Source: a virus
Taxonomy: Duplodnaviria; Caudoviricetes
Reading direction: 5' to 3' (one strand)
Length of the DNA stretch: 37,791 nucleotides
IMG/VR virus record: IMGVR_UViG_3300022178_001201
Location: 1 to 37,791 of that record
Below the pieces are notes generated by a model. The model did no database searches. It was not told the origin of the DNA and saw only the letters and a program-made list of their open reading frames with translations. The position numbers and the translations under genes are program-made. Positions 27,956 to 36,517 of this stretch are shown piece by piece. Within the stretch, counting starts at the first letter, position 1; the number at the start of each line of letters is the position of its first letter.

Positions 27956-28136
27956 TTTTGAATAACTCGGTTCTGCGTGATTCACGCAATGGCTCACGCT
28001 TATGGTTTAAAACATCACGCAACTCATAAATCAATTCGGTACTGTGTGCATACCGATCTGTTTTAATGTAGTAACGGTTGTAGGTTTCCAATGCAGTCAA
28101 TGCTTCAGCAGCTAGTTTTTCAAGTGGATTGCTCAT
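27935..28136. repeat. 21-bp near-identical direct repeat covering the first codons of two adjacent genes
   Basis: tttttcaagtggatcactcat (27935-27955) vs tttttcaagtggattgctcat (28116-28136), 19/21 identical. Confidence 0.8.
27948..28136 (-). CDS. Hypothetical protein, 62 aa
   Basis: ATGA-coupled to the polymerase stop. Confidence 0.6.
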   Translation of the reverse strand: MSNPLEKLAAEALTALETYNRYYIKTDRYAHSTELIYELRDVLNHKREPLRESRRTELFKNE

Positions 28137-29968
28137 GCTAGGCCCAATGTAAGTTTTTCAATCTCTTGGATGTAATAGTCGAAATCGACAGGCAATGTTG
28201 CATCCCTGATGTCGTTACATACTTGAACATTCCACCCAGACTCAATACCAATCGGACGCCACTTGAGTGGGTTCTTGGCAAGGGGTGGCATCCACTTCAT
28301 CAAGGGTTTACCCTCCTTGGCAATGTAGTACCGACAAATGTTCTGCACCTTTGTTTCACCCCATGCGAGGTGACTGGATCGTGGTACTTTTGCACGCAGC
28401 ATAAAGTCCATTTTGTCAGGCCAGTTCTCCACAGTCTCACGAATAGGTGCACCGTCAATCAGTACCTTCTCGGCAACCTTGGCAATGACCATGCCACCAG
28501 CGTTTTGATGCCACTCTAGGTCATGCTCGTATGCGCCTTTGCGTTTTATACGCCCATCCTCGTATACAGCGATATAGTTATTTACATCCCGGATCATCAT
28601 GGTCTTGTAAATGGCTTCTTCAAGCTGTAACCCTGTGCGATCCTGCCAAGCTACTCGGGCAATGTCGATCAACCACTTGTTAGCCCTTGGAACACTGACA
28701 GTCAGACCATCGGTGTTTACCTGTATCAGCTTCAAGTTTTCAATGTGCATCAGCCCTTCAGCCAGTAGGCACAGAAGCAGTTGACCGTTGAGCGTGATGC
28801 TCATGGTGAACAGGGGGTCGTAGAACACGCTGAACTTGTTATTGCTGTCGCCGTATGTACCGTTAAGCGCCAGCTTCAGCATGGCGTTTTCTGCACTACC
28901 CTTGGGGTAACTCTTGCGCTGCTCGTACAAATCTTTGTAGATTAAGCAGAATGTCTCGCCTAAATGTGCCGGGTGAAAGCCGTTAACAATTGCAAGATTT
29001 GGATAATAAGAGCTGACATCCAAATCCACAATAACAGTTCTTTCATCCGAGTGGATAATTTCGGACTCAACAGACCCATGAATGCCACCAAGCCCAAACA
29101 CAAACTCAAACCCGTTAACAGTAGCTGTGACTTCATTGAAAATCCCCTTAGTTTCGGTAATGGTCTGACTCTTGAGCCAGTTCAGGATACGGGTGAACTC
29201 AGGCTGCTGGAAGTCGATCCACGGCAGGATGGCATCTCTAAGCGCGATGCTGGAACGCTTGCTCTGCTTGGGTGTGCGCCCCATCGGGCCATACTCATAA
29301 GTCGAAACACCAGCTTCCTCTAACTTCATAATGAAGTAGTCTTTGCCGATCTTGGTGTCGTTGTGGTTCATGAAGTCACGACCATACTTAACGGTCAATT
29401 CTTCACGGAACCGAATCATGTCCAGCGTCTTGAAGTAGAACTTCTTGGTCTGGGACACATCATGTGCGTTGTACTGCTTCAGCTTGGGCAGTTGGTCTTG
29501 TGTCAACTCAGTGCCTACCTTAAACGGTAAGTCTTCAATGTTGTCACTTCGCATATTGAACTCAAGCACCTTCAGGCCAGTAGCCCGTGCCTTGTTGTCG
29601 AAGTGGTGAATCTTAAACAGGTCAATCTGTTCAACATAGCGATCACTGGGCTTGACTGAGTGCATCCATCGGTCATCGTCATCCTGACCAAAGATAATAG
29701 CCTGAGCCTTTTGGTACAGGGTGTTGGCATCACTGTTGCCCATCTTCATCAGCATATGCAGGATCGGATAATCGAATCCAAGGCTGTTAAAGCCAATCAT
29801 GCGCGAGTTTGTATCTTTGAGGTGCTGGACGAATGAGATGATTTCCCTGCTGTCATTTCGCCAAGGGCTAATCTCAAAGGCCCACGTTATCGGGTAGTCA
29901 ACGTGCTCCACTGCCATCGTGAACACGTTTGGATACGTTTCTAGGTCATAAACAAAGTCGTTACTCAT
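28133..29968 (-). CDS. Family B DNA polymerase with 3'-5' exonuclease
   Basis: Exo I YDLET, Exo II GFNSLGFD, Exo III YNAHD; PolB motifs DVSSYYPN, KLALNGTYG, NTDG and KRKG. Confidence 0.88.
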   Translation of the reverse strand: MSNDFVYDLETYPNVFTMAVEHVDYPITWAFEISPWRNDSREIISFVQHLKDTNSRMIGFNSLGFDYPILHMLMKMGNSDANTLYQKAQAIIFGQDDDDRWMHSVKPSDRYVEQIDLFKIHHFDNKARATGLKVLEFNMRSDNIEDLPFKVGTELTQDQLPKLKQYNAHDVSQTKKFYFKTLDMIRFREELTVKYGRDFMNHNDTKIGKDYFIMKLEEAGVSTYEYGPMGRTPKQSKRSSIALRDAILPWIDFQQPEFTRILNWLKSQTITETKGIFNEVTATVNGFEFVFGLGGIHGSVESEIIHSDERTVIVDLDVSSYYPNLAIVNGFHPAHLGETFCLIYKDLYEQRKSYPKGSAENAMLKLALNGTYGDSNNKFSVFYDPLFTMSITLNGQLLLCLLAEGLMHIENLKLIQVNTDGLTVSVPRANKWLIDIARVAWQDRTGLQLEEAIYKTMMIRDVNNYIAVYEDGRIKRKGAYEHDLEWHQNAGGMVIAKVAEKVLIDGAPIRETVENWPDKMDFMLRAKVPRSSHLAWGETKVQNICRYYIAKEGKPLMKWMPPLAKNPLKWRPIGIESGWNVQVCNDIRDATLPVDFDYYIQEIEKLTLGLA

Positions 29969-29983
29969 TACGATTACCAGTTA

Positions 29984-30079
29984 GGTGGGGGTACTCGCTG
30001 CACTGGTTGGATCCGAACCAACGACTCGCCCTCGAAAGGCAGCTTTTCCAACTAAGCTACAGAATCCGCTTTCCCCCCG
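29984..30079 (-). ncRNA. Structured RNA: tRNA-like D/T domain on a loop-E-containing closing stem
   Basis: Minus strand: GGGGGGAAAGCGGATTCTG-TA-GCTTAGTTGGAAAAGC-T-GCCTTTCGAGGGC-GAGTC-GTTGGTTCGGATCCAAC-CAGTGCAGCGAGTACCCCC-ACC. Confidence 0.7.
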
Positions 30080-30085
30080 ATTACA

Positions 30086-30730
30086 TTACGCCAAGAACGA
30101 TGGCAGACCCGGCATGGCGGCAGCTACTGGAGCAAAGGGATTCGCACCACCAACAGAGCCAAACATACTTGACGCATCGGTAGCACCTTCACCGAATGCA
30201 GTATCGTCACCAGCAAACTGAAGAGCAACCAGATCGCAACGGACACCGTTACCATGCTTGTTCACTTGGAGCCAAGGCTTCACGGCAGCGTTGACACGGC
30301 ATCCACCGTACATCTTGCGAGTCAGGTTCTGGTAAGCCATAGTGTTGTTTGGATCAATGGCTTGACCATTGGCTTCAATGATCTGTGGCTGTGACTCACG
30401 ACCTGTGGTGACATACACGTTGCCAGCATAGCCATCGTAAGGCTTAAAGGTTTTCTTGTTAACCTTTTCCTCACCGACACCAAAGCAACGCAGCTTGCGA
30501 TCAGCTTGGATCATGCCCATTACTGTGCTGGTGTGCTCAAGCCACTTAGCCAAGGCCATAGCACCGTAACGCTGCATGAACTGAGCGAAGCCGGGATGAT
30601 CTGCTGGCATTAACAGTTCACAGTTGTAACTGATACGTTCCTTACCAGTGACCTCGTTCACCTGACGTTGAGGTTCAGCGATATGAGGGAAGGACAAACG
30701 GACATTCGACAAAAAGATAATATCTGACAT
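30086..30730 (-). CDS. Single-stranded DNA-binding protein (DUF2815 / gp2.5-like)
   Basis: NVRLSFPHI.EP, YGGCRVNA, N.HG.GV...L.A.QF..D motifs; low-complexity C-tail ending PSFLA. Confidence 0.85.
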   Translation of the reverse strand: MSDIIFLSNVRLSFPHIAEPQRQVNEVTGKERISYNCELLMPADHPGFAQFMQRYGAMALAKWLEHTSTVMGMIQADRKLRCFGVGEEKVNKKTFKPYDGYAGNVYVTTGRESQPQIIEANGQAIDPNNTMAYQNLTRKMYGGCRVNAAVKPWLQVNKHGNGVRCDLVALQFAGDDTAFGEGATDASSMFGSVGGANPFAPVAAAMPGLPSFLA

Positions 30731-30747
30731 TTTTTACTTTCGTTAAT

Positions 30748-32070
30748 TTACAGTAACCATGCTGGCAGTGTTTCCACTACTGGCGCTTCTACCGCACTGA
30801 ACATCGGTGCGGCATTCAAGACCACGGCAACCCGTGAGTCTGATTCGGGAACAACGGTCAAGGAGCCAGCCAACTTGGTGACGTACTCAGTTTCCATTGT
30901 TTTCAATTGACGTTCTGACAGTTGCTTAGTGACCACCTCGCCACCGACTGTCTTAGACCATGTGAGCTTCTCGGCCTTGGCTGGACTGACCAGCTTAGTC
31001 TCATACACATTGCCCTTGGGAACACCCATCTTGATTAGCTTCTGTGCGATCTCATCCTCAGTCAGTGACCAAGCACGGGAACCACGACCATTCACCAGCT
31101 TCAGACCCGGTACAGACTGACCAGCTTTCATACGGCGCAGTGCTTCCTTCTCGACAGCTTCAAGCAACTGACGCATCAGGGGGGCAGCTTCCATGATCTG
31201 GGTAAGCTGTGCATTGTCCATTGTGGTGGGGTCTTTGTCGGCTGACTGTTGCGCGACATCTAGCACTTGAGGTTGTGCGACTGGTTGAAACATGATACCG
31301 ATCTCCTTCATTACATTACCTGCCAGCGCGGTACAAGAACCTTTAGCGCGGCAGAATTTACATTGACTTTCACCCGGTACGAGTGGGGCATCTATGGCAT
31401 CGGTAGCTGCTGCTTCCTTTACCATTTGACCTATCTTACCAAGAATATCCTTAGTGCTGACCTCGTGTGATGAAATAGTTGGAAGATTTCTTGTTGCCAG
31501 TTTAGGCTGAATGATTGTCATCCGAATACGCGTGATGGGATAGGCTGCATTTACAGGCAGTTTAAAGCCAGCCAGCACACCCATTGCATACTGCTCAAGC
31601 TGATCGTTGTCCTTGGCGCTTACGATGCCCATACCGTCTTTGTAGTCGATCAGTTCAAGCAAGTCACCACCAATAATCTGCACGTCCACTGTGCCGCCCA
31701 TATCATCACGGCCCAACAGGTAGGCAGGCTCGACACGGCACTCAGTCAACACCTTCAGGTTCAAGTGACCTTCTTTGACCATAGCTGTGGTTCGTCCAGT
31801 GATGTAATCCAGCGCAACTTGTACACGGGCAGCACGGGCAGCATCCACAGTGAACTCCCCCTCGTGATCTGTCATGGTCTGACCAATCAGCACCGAAGCG
31901 TAGATGGAGCCAGTCTTAAGACACTTCTCCAGCAACGAGTGGGTGTGCGTACCATCTACAGCAGCAGGGCCGGAACCCTCATCAGGGAACTTGGCTTGTT
32001 CCCGGATGGAACCGGGGCAGCGTTTCCACTGCCCCCGCTTGCTCGGGGAAAGAGTAGCGTGGGCAGTCAT
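30748..32070 (-). CDS. DUF2800 PD-(D/E)xK (Cas4-like) nuclease
   Basis: HATLSPS...W..CPGS, GT.D, IDYKDG, QL..YA.G, I.QP, CKFCRAK..C motifs. Confidence 0.88.
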   Translation of the reverse strand: MTAHATLSPSKRGQWKRCPGSIREQAKFPDEGSGPAAVDGTHTHSLLEKCLKTGSIYASVLIGQTMTDHEGEFTVDAARAARVQVALDYITGRTTAMVKEGHLNLKVLTECRVEPAYLLGRDDMGGTVDVQIIGGDLLELIDYKDGMGIVSAKDNDQLEQYAMGVLAGFKLPVNAAYPITRIRMTIIQPKLATRNLPTISSHEVSTKDILGKIGQMVKEAAATDAIDAPLVPGESQCKFCRAKGSCTALAGNVMKEIGIMFQPVAQPQVLDVAQQSADKDPTTMDNAQLTQIMEAAPLMRQLLEAVEKEALRRMKAGQSVPGLKLVNGRGSRAWSLTEDEIAQKLIKMGVPKGNVYETKLVSPAKAEKLTWSKTVGGEVVTKQLSERQLKTMETEYVTKLAGSLTVVPESDSRVAVVLNAAPMFSAVEAPVVETLPAWLL

Positions 32071-32071
32071 C

Positions 32072-32566
32072 TTAGGCCTTCAGGGCTTCAATGCCGATGA
32101 ACAGAGCACCGTAGTGGGCAGGGTTCACATCGTTGATGTTCTGATAACCCAGACCAGTCAACACACCCTGAATGCCAGCACCCTTGACCGGGCCAAGCGA
32201 TTTGTACGAAGTCATCACAAAGTCGATCAAGCCTTTGGGGTCACTGAATGGTGCAGTACCGGGTACAACTGGAGCAACCACAGGAGCAGTGAATACGGGT
32301 GGGGCTGGCATTACTGGAGCCTGAACCACTGGTTTGGACTCCACAACAGGAATAACCACTGGTGCAGGCTCCACAACGGGAGCAGCAACCACAGGTGCTG
32401 GTTTTGGAATAACAGGAGCCACAGCAGCCACAGCAGCCACGGGAACGACTACACTTGCAACCTTTTCACGCACTTCAGCGGGAAGGTGGTCAACAAGTGA
32501 TTGAATCACTTTAGTGTTGGCAAGGATTGCTTGGGCAATTGTGAGGATAACTTCATTGTTGAACAT
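32072..32566 (-). CDS. Hypothetical protein with P/V/A-rich linker
   Basis: 164 aa; occupies the slot usually seen upstream of DUF2800. Confidence 0.75.
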   Translation of the reverse strand: MFNNEVILTIAQAILANTKVIQSLVDHLPAEVREKVASVVVPVAAVAAVAPVIPKPAPVVAAPVVEPAPVVIPVVESKPVVQAPVMPAPPVFTAPVVAPVVPGTAPFSDPKGLIDFVMTSYKSLGPVKGAGIQGVLTGLGYQNINDVNPAHYGALFIGIEALKA

Positions 32567-32744
32567 ATAGACTTTCTTTACGAGGGTTTGGTTTTACTGA
32601 GAGGCGGTCATCCATGAACGCTTCTATCATTTCGCGCAAGACTTCTGATACACCACCGTATCTAGTAGCCTTGTCGTGAAATTTCTTGTGATCGGCAGGT
32701 TTAATCCTGACGGTCAAAAACTTGGTGCGGGGTTTAGTTGCCAT
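32553..32744 (-). CDS. Ribbon-helix-helix DNA-binding protein
   Basis: KFLTVRI strand and SEVLREMIEAF helix. Confidence 0.7.
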   Translation of the reverse strand: MATKPRTKFLTVRIKPADHKKFHDKATRYGGVSEVLREMIEAFMDDRLSVKPNPRKESLYVQQ

Positions 32745-32769
32745 AATTTAATTCCGTTTTGTTGCCCAA

Positions 32770-32799
32770 ATGATAGCACACATCGGATACACTGTGCAA
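32770..32799 (-). promoter_or_regulatory. Sigma70-like leftward promoter of the replication operon
   Basis: Minus strand TTGCAC-18 bp-TATCAT with extended TG. Overlaps a possible rightward -10 TACACT (32788-32793). Confidence 0.55.
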
Positions 32800-32833
32800 C
32801 ATGGACAACAAAATAAATTTAGAACGGGAAAAT

Positions 32834-35305
32834 ATGAGCGCAATGCCACACGTCACGCAACACCCTGCATCTGTTGAAGCCTACATACGCCACGGGTGGT
32901 CACTTGTACCCATCCCCAATGGAACCAAGGGGCCACGCACACCCGGTTGGAATCTTAAGGAGAACGCTATCAAGTCACAGGCTGATCTGCCCGCTGGCTA
33001 CGGTATCGGTCTGGCTCATGCTTACTCAGGCACGATGGCATTTGATATTGACGAGTGGGAGATGACTGTCGAAGAACTGACACCACAGGGTGTCGATTTA
33101 CAGGCACTCTACGATGCCAACGATGCCGTGATCGTGGACAGTGGGCGTGCTGGTCACGGTAAGCTGCTGTACTCCCTCCCGTTTGGCCTAATCCTCCCAT
33201 CGAAAAAGATCACTATCAAGGGCGTGACAGCCTATGAACTGCGATGCGCCACTGTCAATAATCTGACAGTCCAAGATGTATTACCCCCCAGCATCCACCC
33301 AGATACCCATCAACCCTACCGCTGGGCAGGCAAGGGCCACTGGACACGCTTACCCACTATCCCCCAGTCCCTGCTTGACCTTTGGCAAGGCTTACTTGAA
33401 ACTGACAAAGAATGCACCATGCCTTCAGGTGACGCTATCCCTACATCGTGGGAAGAGATCAAGTCAGCCGTTGAGCATATCCCCGCTGACTGTTCCCGTG
33501 AAGAGTGGGTGCAAGTGGGCATGGCGATCCACTGGGCAGCTACTCAAGCAAACCAGAACGACTATGGCCTGCAACTCTGGAATGACTGGAGTAAACAATC
33601 GGCTACCAAGTACCCCGGCCCCCGCGATATGCTGCATCAGTGGGAATCGTTCAAGACCAACAAACCCTCAGCTATTCGTCCGGGCTCGCTTTTCCACATT
33701 GCCAAGCAACACGGATGGTTCAAGCCTGCCCCCGATGTCGCATCATTGTTCTCTGCACTGGAAAGCCCCGACAAGCCCACCGAGTTGTTAGTTGACCTTA
33801 AGCCCCTGCCCCCGGTCATGGACTTGTCACTATGGCCTGCTGTGCTGTCGCGCCGTGCCACCGAAGTGAGCGAAACGGTTGGCTGTGATCCGCTTATCCC
33901 CTTGTTCGCCGGCCTTGGTGCTGTCTGTGGTGTCGTTGATGCCCAATCGAGATTAGAGCTTGTGAAGGGCTTTAAAGTGCCGCCCGTGCTTTGGTTAATG
34001 ACCATCGGGCCACCTGCTGGCAAAAAGTCCCCCGGCTCTAGCCCCATGCTGGCCCCCATTAGGTCAATCGAGATCGAAGACCGCCCACGGTTTAAAAAAG
34101 AACTGCTGGACTGGCAGGGTCTTGAGGCCATGCACACCAATAGCATGAAAGCGTTTCTAGAGTTCTCAGGTGGTGCTGACAGTATGCTGGGCGCTGACCA
34201 AGCCCCCATCGTCAACGAACTGCCACCCCAGCCCGTCAACCTACGCATCACTGTTGAGGATGTCACCAGTCAGAAGCTGATTCGATTAGCTGCTGACCGT
34301 CCCCGTGGCCTGCTCTGTTACCTTGACGAAATGAACTCATGGGTAAACAAACTGACTGACCGGGCCAGTGGTGAGGATCGTTCAGCATGGGTGCGTGCTT
34401 ATGAGTCCAGTCACTATGAAATGGATCGAGTGGCTGCTGGGTCAATCACTGCTGACAACCTTGCCGTGTCCATTTACGGGAACATTCAGCCCCAAGTCTT
34501 TAAAGAGAATTTAGCGAATATGGCAGGGGATGGACTGATCCAACGCTTCATTCCCTGCGTGCTTAATACCAATCTGACTCGTCCATCAGTCGAAATCCCC
34601 GACTTTCTCTTGAACGAAGCAGCATGGGAACAAACCCTACGAATCATCTATTCCCTGCCCATCACGGCTTACACGTTATCCCCTGAAGGCAAGGCACTCT
34701 TTCAGGAATTTCAGCTTTGGTACGACAAACAGCGTCAGGATGAGCAACTATTACAGTCCGACGATACCTTCATGACTGCCTTCGGTAAGATAGAGGGCCT
34801 TGCAGGGCGGATTATGTTGGTTTTCCACCTTATGGAGTCACCCTTTACGATGTCGCTCTCTGCTGACCTTGTAGCCCGGTGTATACGCATTGCCAAAGAA
34901 TACCTAATCCCGGCATTCCGTTATGCGCTATCCGATTTGGGTGGTATGTCCAATTTCGACACTTGGGTGCAGGAATACATCATTCACCATGCCGATAAGG
35001 AAACCTTGACGCTATCCGAAATAAAACGCTCAGGCAGGCGTCAACTGGGCAAGACAAACGGATTCCAAGCGGATCAAATGGTTGTCAACGCCCTTTACGC
35101 ACTGGAGAAAAGCCGCTGGGTGTTGAGGCTTGATGATGGTTCAAAAGAACATCAGCACATTGCAACATGGGCTATTAACCCGGCTCTGAAAACCCAGTTC
35201 AGCGACTATCGAACCGAAGTGATTAACGCGAAACAACGCAGGCTTGAAGAGATATACAAACTGAGCACGAAGGAGAAACCTAAGGTGAAGGGTTATCAAG
35301 CATAA
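32834..35305 (+). CDS. Primase-polymerase (Prim-Pol) + PriCT-2 + DUF3987/YfjI-like helicase
   Basis: AFDID and VLPPSIHP...YRW; REEWVQVGMAIH...WS; Walker A GPPAGKKS and Walker B YLDE. Alternative start at 32801. Confidence 0.88.
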   Translation: MSAMPHVTQHPASVEAYIRHGWSLVPIPNGTKGPRTPGWNLKENAIKSQADLPAGYGIGLAHAYSGTMAFDIDEWEMTVEELTPQGVDLQALYDANDAVIVDSGRAGHGKLLYSLPFGLILPSKKITIKGVTAYELRCATVNNLTVQDVLPPSIHPDTHQPYRWAGKGHWTRLPTIPQSLLDLWQGLLETDKECTMPSGDAIPTSWEEIKSAVEHIPADCSREEWVQVGMAIHWAATQANQNDYGLQLWNDWSKQSATKYPGPRDMLHQWESFKTNKPSAIRPGSLFHIAKQHGWFKPAPDVASLFSALESPDKPTELLVDLKPLPPVMDLSLWPAVLSRRATEVSETVGCDPLIPLFAGLGAVCGVVDAQSRLELVKGFKVPPVLWLMTIGPPAGKKSPGSSPMLAPIRSIEIEDRPRFKKELLDWQGLEAMHTNSMKAFLEFSGGADSMLGADQAPIVNELPPQPVNLRITVEDVTSQKLIRLAADRPRGLLCYLDEMNSWVNKLTDRASGEDRSAWVRAYESSHYEMDRVAAGSITADNLAVSIYGNIQPQVFKENLANMAGDGLIQRFIPCVLNTNLTRPSVEIPDFLLNEAAWEQTLRIIYSLPITAYTLSPEGKALFQEFQLWYDKQRQDEQLLQSDDTFMTAFGKIEGLAGRIMLVFHLMESPFTMSLSADLVARCIRIAKEYLIPAFRYALSDLGGMSNFDTWVQEYIIHHADKETLTLSEIKRSGRRQLGKTNGFQADQMVVNALYALEKSRWVLRLDDGSKEHQHIATWAINPALKTQFSDYRTEVINAKQRRLEEIYKLSTKEKPKVKGYQA

Positions 35306-35329
35306 AAAAAGCCCCGCAAGGGGCTTTTT
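35304..35329. terminator. Bidirectional rho-independent terminator
   Basis: AAAAAAAGCCCC-GCAA-GGGGCTTTTT between convergent genes. Confidence 0.9.
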
Positions 35330-35344
35330 AACGTCTGCATGGGG

Positions 35345-35581
35345 CTATCTCGCAGGCATGAATTGGGCGTGCATATCGGGGGCCATCACTTCTAGCATCT
35401 CGAGAATGTCAATCAATCGAATAGTCGCAGGGGATACGGTACGCGTTCCGTTCTCCCACTTGATCACTGCATGGCTTGAAACGTTAAGCATATCGGCGCA
35501 CTGGTCAACGCTTAGGGATAACCGGGTGCGCAATTCCTTGATGCGGTTTATAGGCGTTTTAAGGGGTTTTGTGGTTGTCAT
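35345..35581 (-). CDS. XRE-family HTH protein
   Basis: IKELRTRLSLSVDQCADMLNVSSHAVIKWENG. No C-terminal peptidase domain. Confidence 0.85.
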   Translation of the reverse strand: MTTTKPLKTPINRIKELRTRLSLSVDQCADMLNVSSHAVIKWENGTRTVSPATIRLIDILEMLEVMAPDMHAQFMPAR

Positions 35582-35593
35582 GGTGTATCTGGG

Positions 35594-35653
35594 TTAAAGG
35601 TTGAAAACAAGGGCTGCAAGTGCCGCTATAAGGGCCACAAATAGCGTCAGCAT
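35594..35653 (-). CDS. 19-aa hydrophobic peptide MLTLFVALIAALAALVFNL (not in ORF track)
   Basis: Translated by hand. RBS-like AAGGT; overlaps the upstream stop. Confidence 0.45.
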   Translation of the reverse strand: MLTLFVALIAALAALVFNL

Positions 35654-35826
35654 GGGTCGTTACCTTCTAAGCGTGCAATATGGGCTTTTAAGTCCTCAAC
35701 TTCGCAGGTCAACGCGTCCACTTCAGTTTGCATATCAACGAGTCGGGCAAACAACCCAGCTATCTGCAAATTGCCGATTGTGTAATGTACGGCTTCAATT
35801 TCGGTATCAGTCATTTCAATACTCAT
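35647..35826 (-). CDS. 59-aa acidic coiled-coil protein (MSIEMTDTEIEAVH...; not in ORF track)
   Basis: Translated by hand. AAGGA RBS and ATGA coupling. Confidence 0.65.
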   Translation of the reverse strand: MSIEMTDTEIEAVHYTIGNLQIAGLFARLVDMQTEVDALTCEVEDLKAHIARLEGNDPC

Positions 35827-35993
35827 TTTGATTCCTTAATTGTGAAGCTGTCAGGGGTTAGCGTTTTATCCATGAGGTAACCTTTGGCGCAATAGTCAGG
35901 GGCTAGTACCTTGATCCAGTGCTCTGCCCGGTCACGGGTTGCGGCTATACAGTGAACCGCTAACGGGTTTAACTTTTCAATTACTTTAAACAT
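35823..35993 (-). CDS. 56-aa protein (MFKVIEKLNPLAVHC...; not in ORF track)
   Basis: Translated by hand. AAGGA RBS. Confidence 0.65.
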   Translation of the reverse strand: MFKVIEKLNPLAVHCIAATRDRAEHWIKVLAPDYCAKGYLMDKTLTPDSFTIKESK

Positions 35994-36002
35994 AGTCATC
36001 CT

Positions 36003-36164
36003 TTAATTGTTCAAATGGTCGTCAAGTATCAAAATGCAATCGAGTAGGGCATCCCCTATCTTTTCATTCTGAGGGAACCAATTGGACAGTGCATTCAGGC
36101 AGGCCAATAGGTCGTGGTCGTCACGCACGGCGCGAAGTGATGCTAATAGTTGAGCTTGGATCAT
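36003..36164 (-). CDS. 53-aa protein (MIQAQLLASLRAVRDD...; not in ORF track)
   Basis: Translated by hand. ATGA coupling to the upstream gene. Confidence 0.55.
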   Translation of the reverse strand: MIQAQLLASLRAVRDDHDLLACLNALSNWFPQNEKIGDALLDCILILDDHLNN

Positions 36165-36442
36165 TTGGAAAGCCCGATACCGTACATCAGCGCGCTTATC
36201 TTGTCGGACAGCTCACGCGCTGGGCCGTGACCGCCGAATATATCGTTTACTCCAGTACCGCCCGACGCGCTCATTCGGTGCAGTGCGTAACCCCCGTAAG
36301 CGCATGATAGGCAATACACGCCGGGGTTACCGCCGATAACTTTGTCCGTATCGTCAACACGATAAATCGGCACGCCATCCAAGCCAACTAGGGTATTAAG
36401 GTTTTTGATTTGAGCTTCGAGAAACTTTTGAGTGATACGCAT
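36161..36442 (-). CDS. Hypothetical early protein, 93 aa
   Basis: Starts inside intergenic repeat copy 1 with AGGA RBS; LSCAYGGYALHR motif. Confidence 0.75.
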   Translation of the reverse strand: MRITQKFLEAQIKNLNTLVGLDGVPIYRVDDTDKVIGGNPGVYCLSCAYGGYALHRMSASGGTGVNDIFGGHGPARELSDKISALMYGIGLSK

Positions 36443-36517
36443 AAATTGTCCTAACGTTACAGTGAGCCAAAATTGACCCCGTAAACCCCCAATAGGGGGC
36501 TTACAGTGGAAATCTTA
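36438..36517 (-). repeat. Stop-to-start intergenic repeat, copy 1 (80 bp)
   Basis: 46 bp and 16 bp identical to copy 2, separated by an 18-bp variable hairpin. Confidence 0.95.

Noticed and set aside
30003-30066. Functional tRNA gene
   Set aside because: The anticodon loop is only 3 nt, the acceptor stem has 3 bp and position 58 is G. Reported instead as a tRNA-like ncRNA.
30748-32070. CRISPR-associated Cas4
   Set aside because: It is the DUF2800 solo nuclease in its usual phage replication context.
35345-35581. CI-type lysogeny repressor
   Set aside because: HTH only, no S24 peptidase domain, last gene of an operon, and no divergent cro or integrase recognised.
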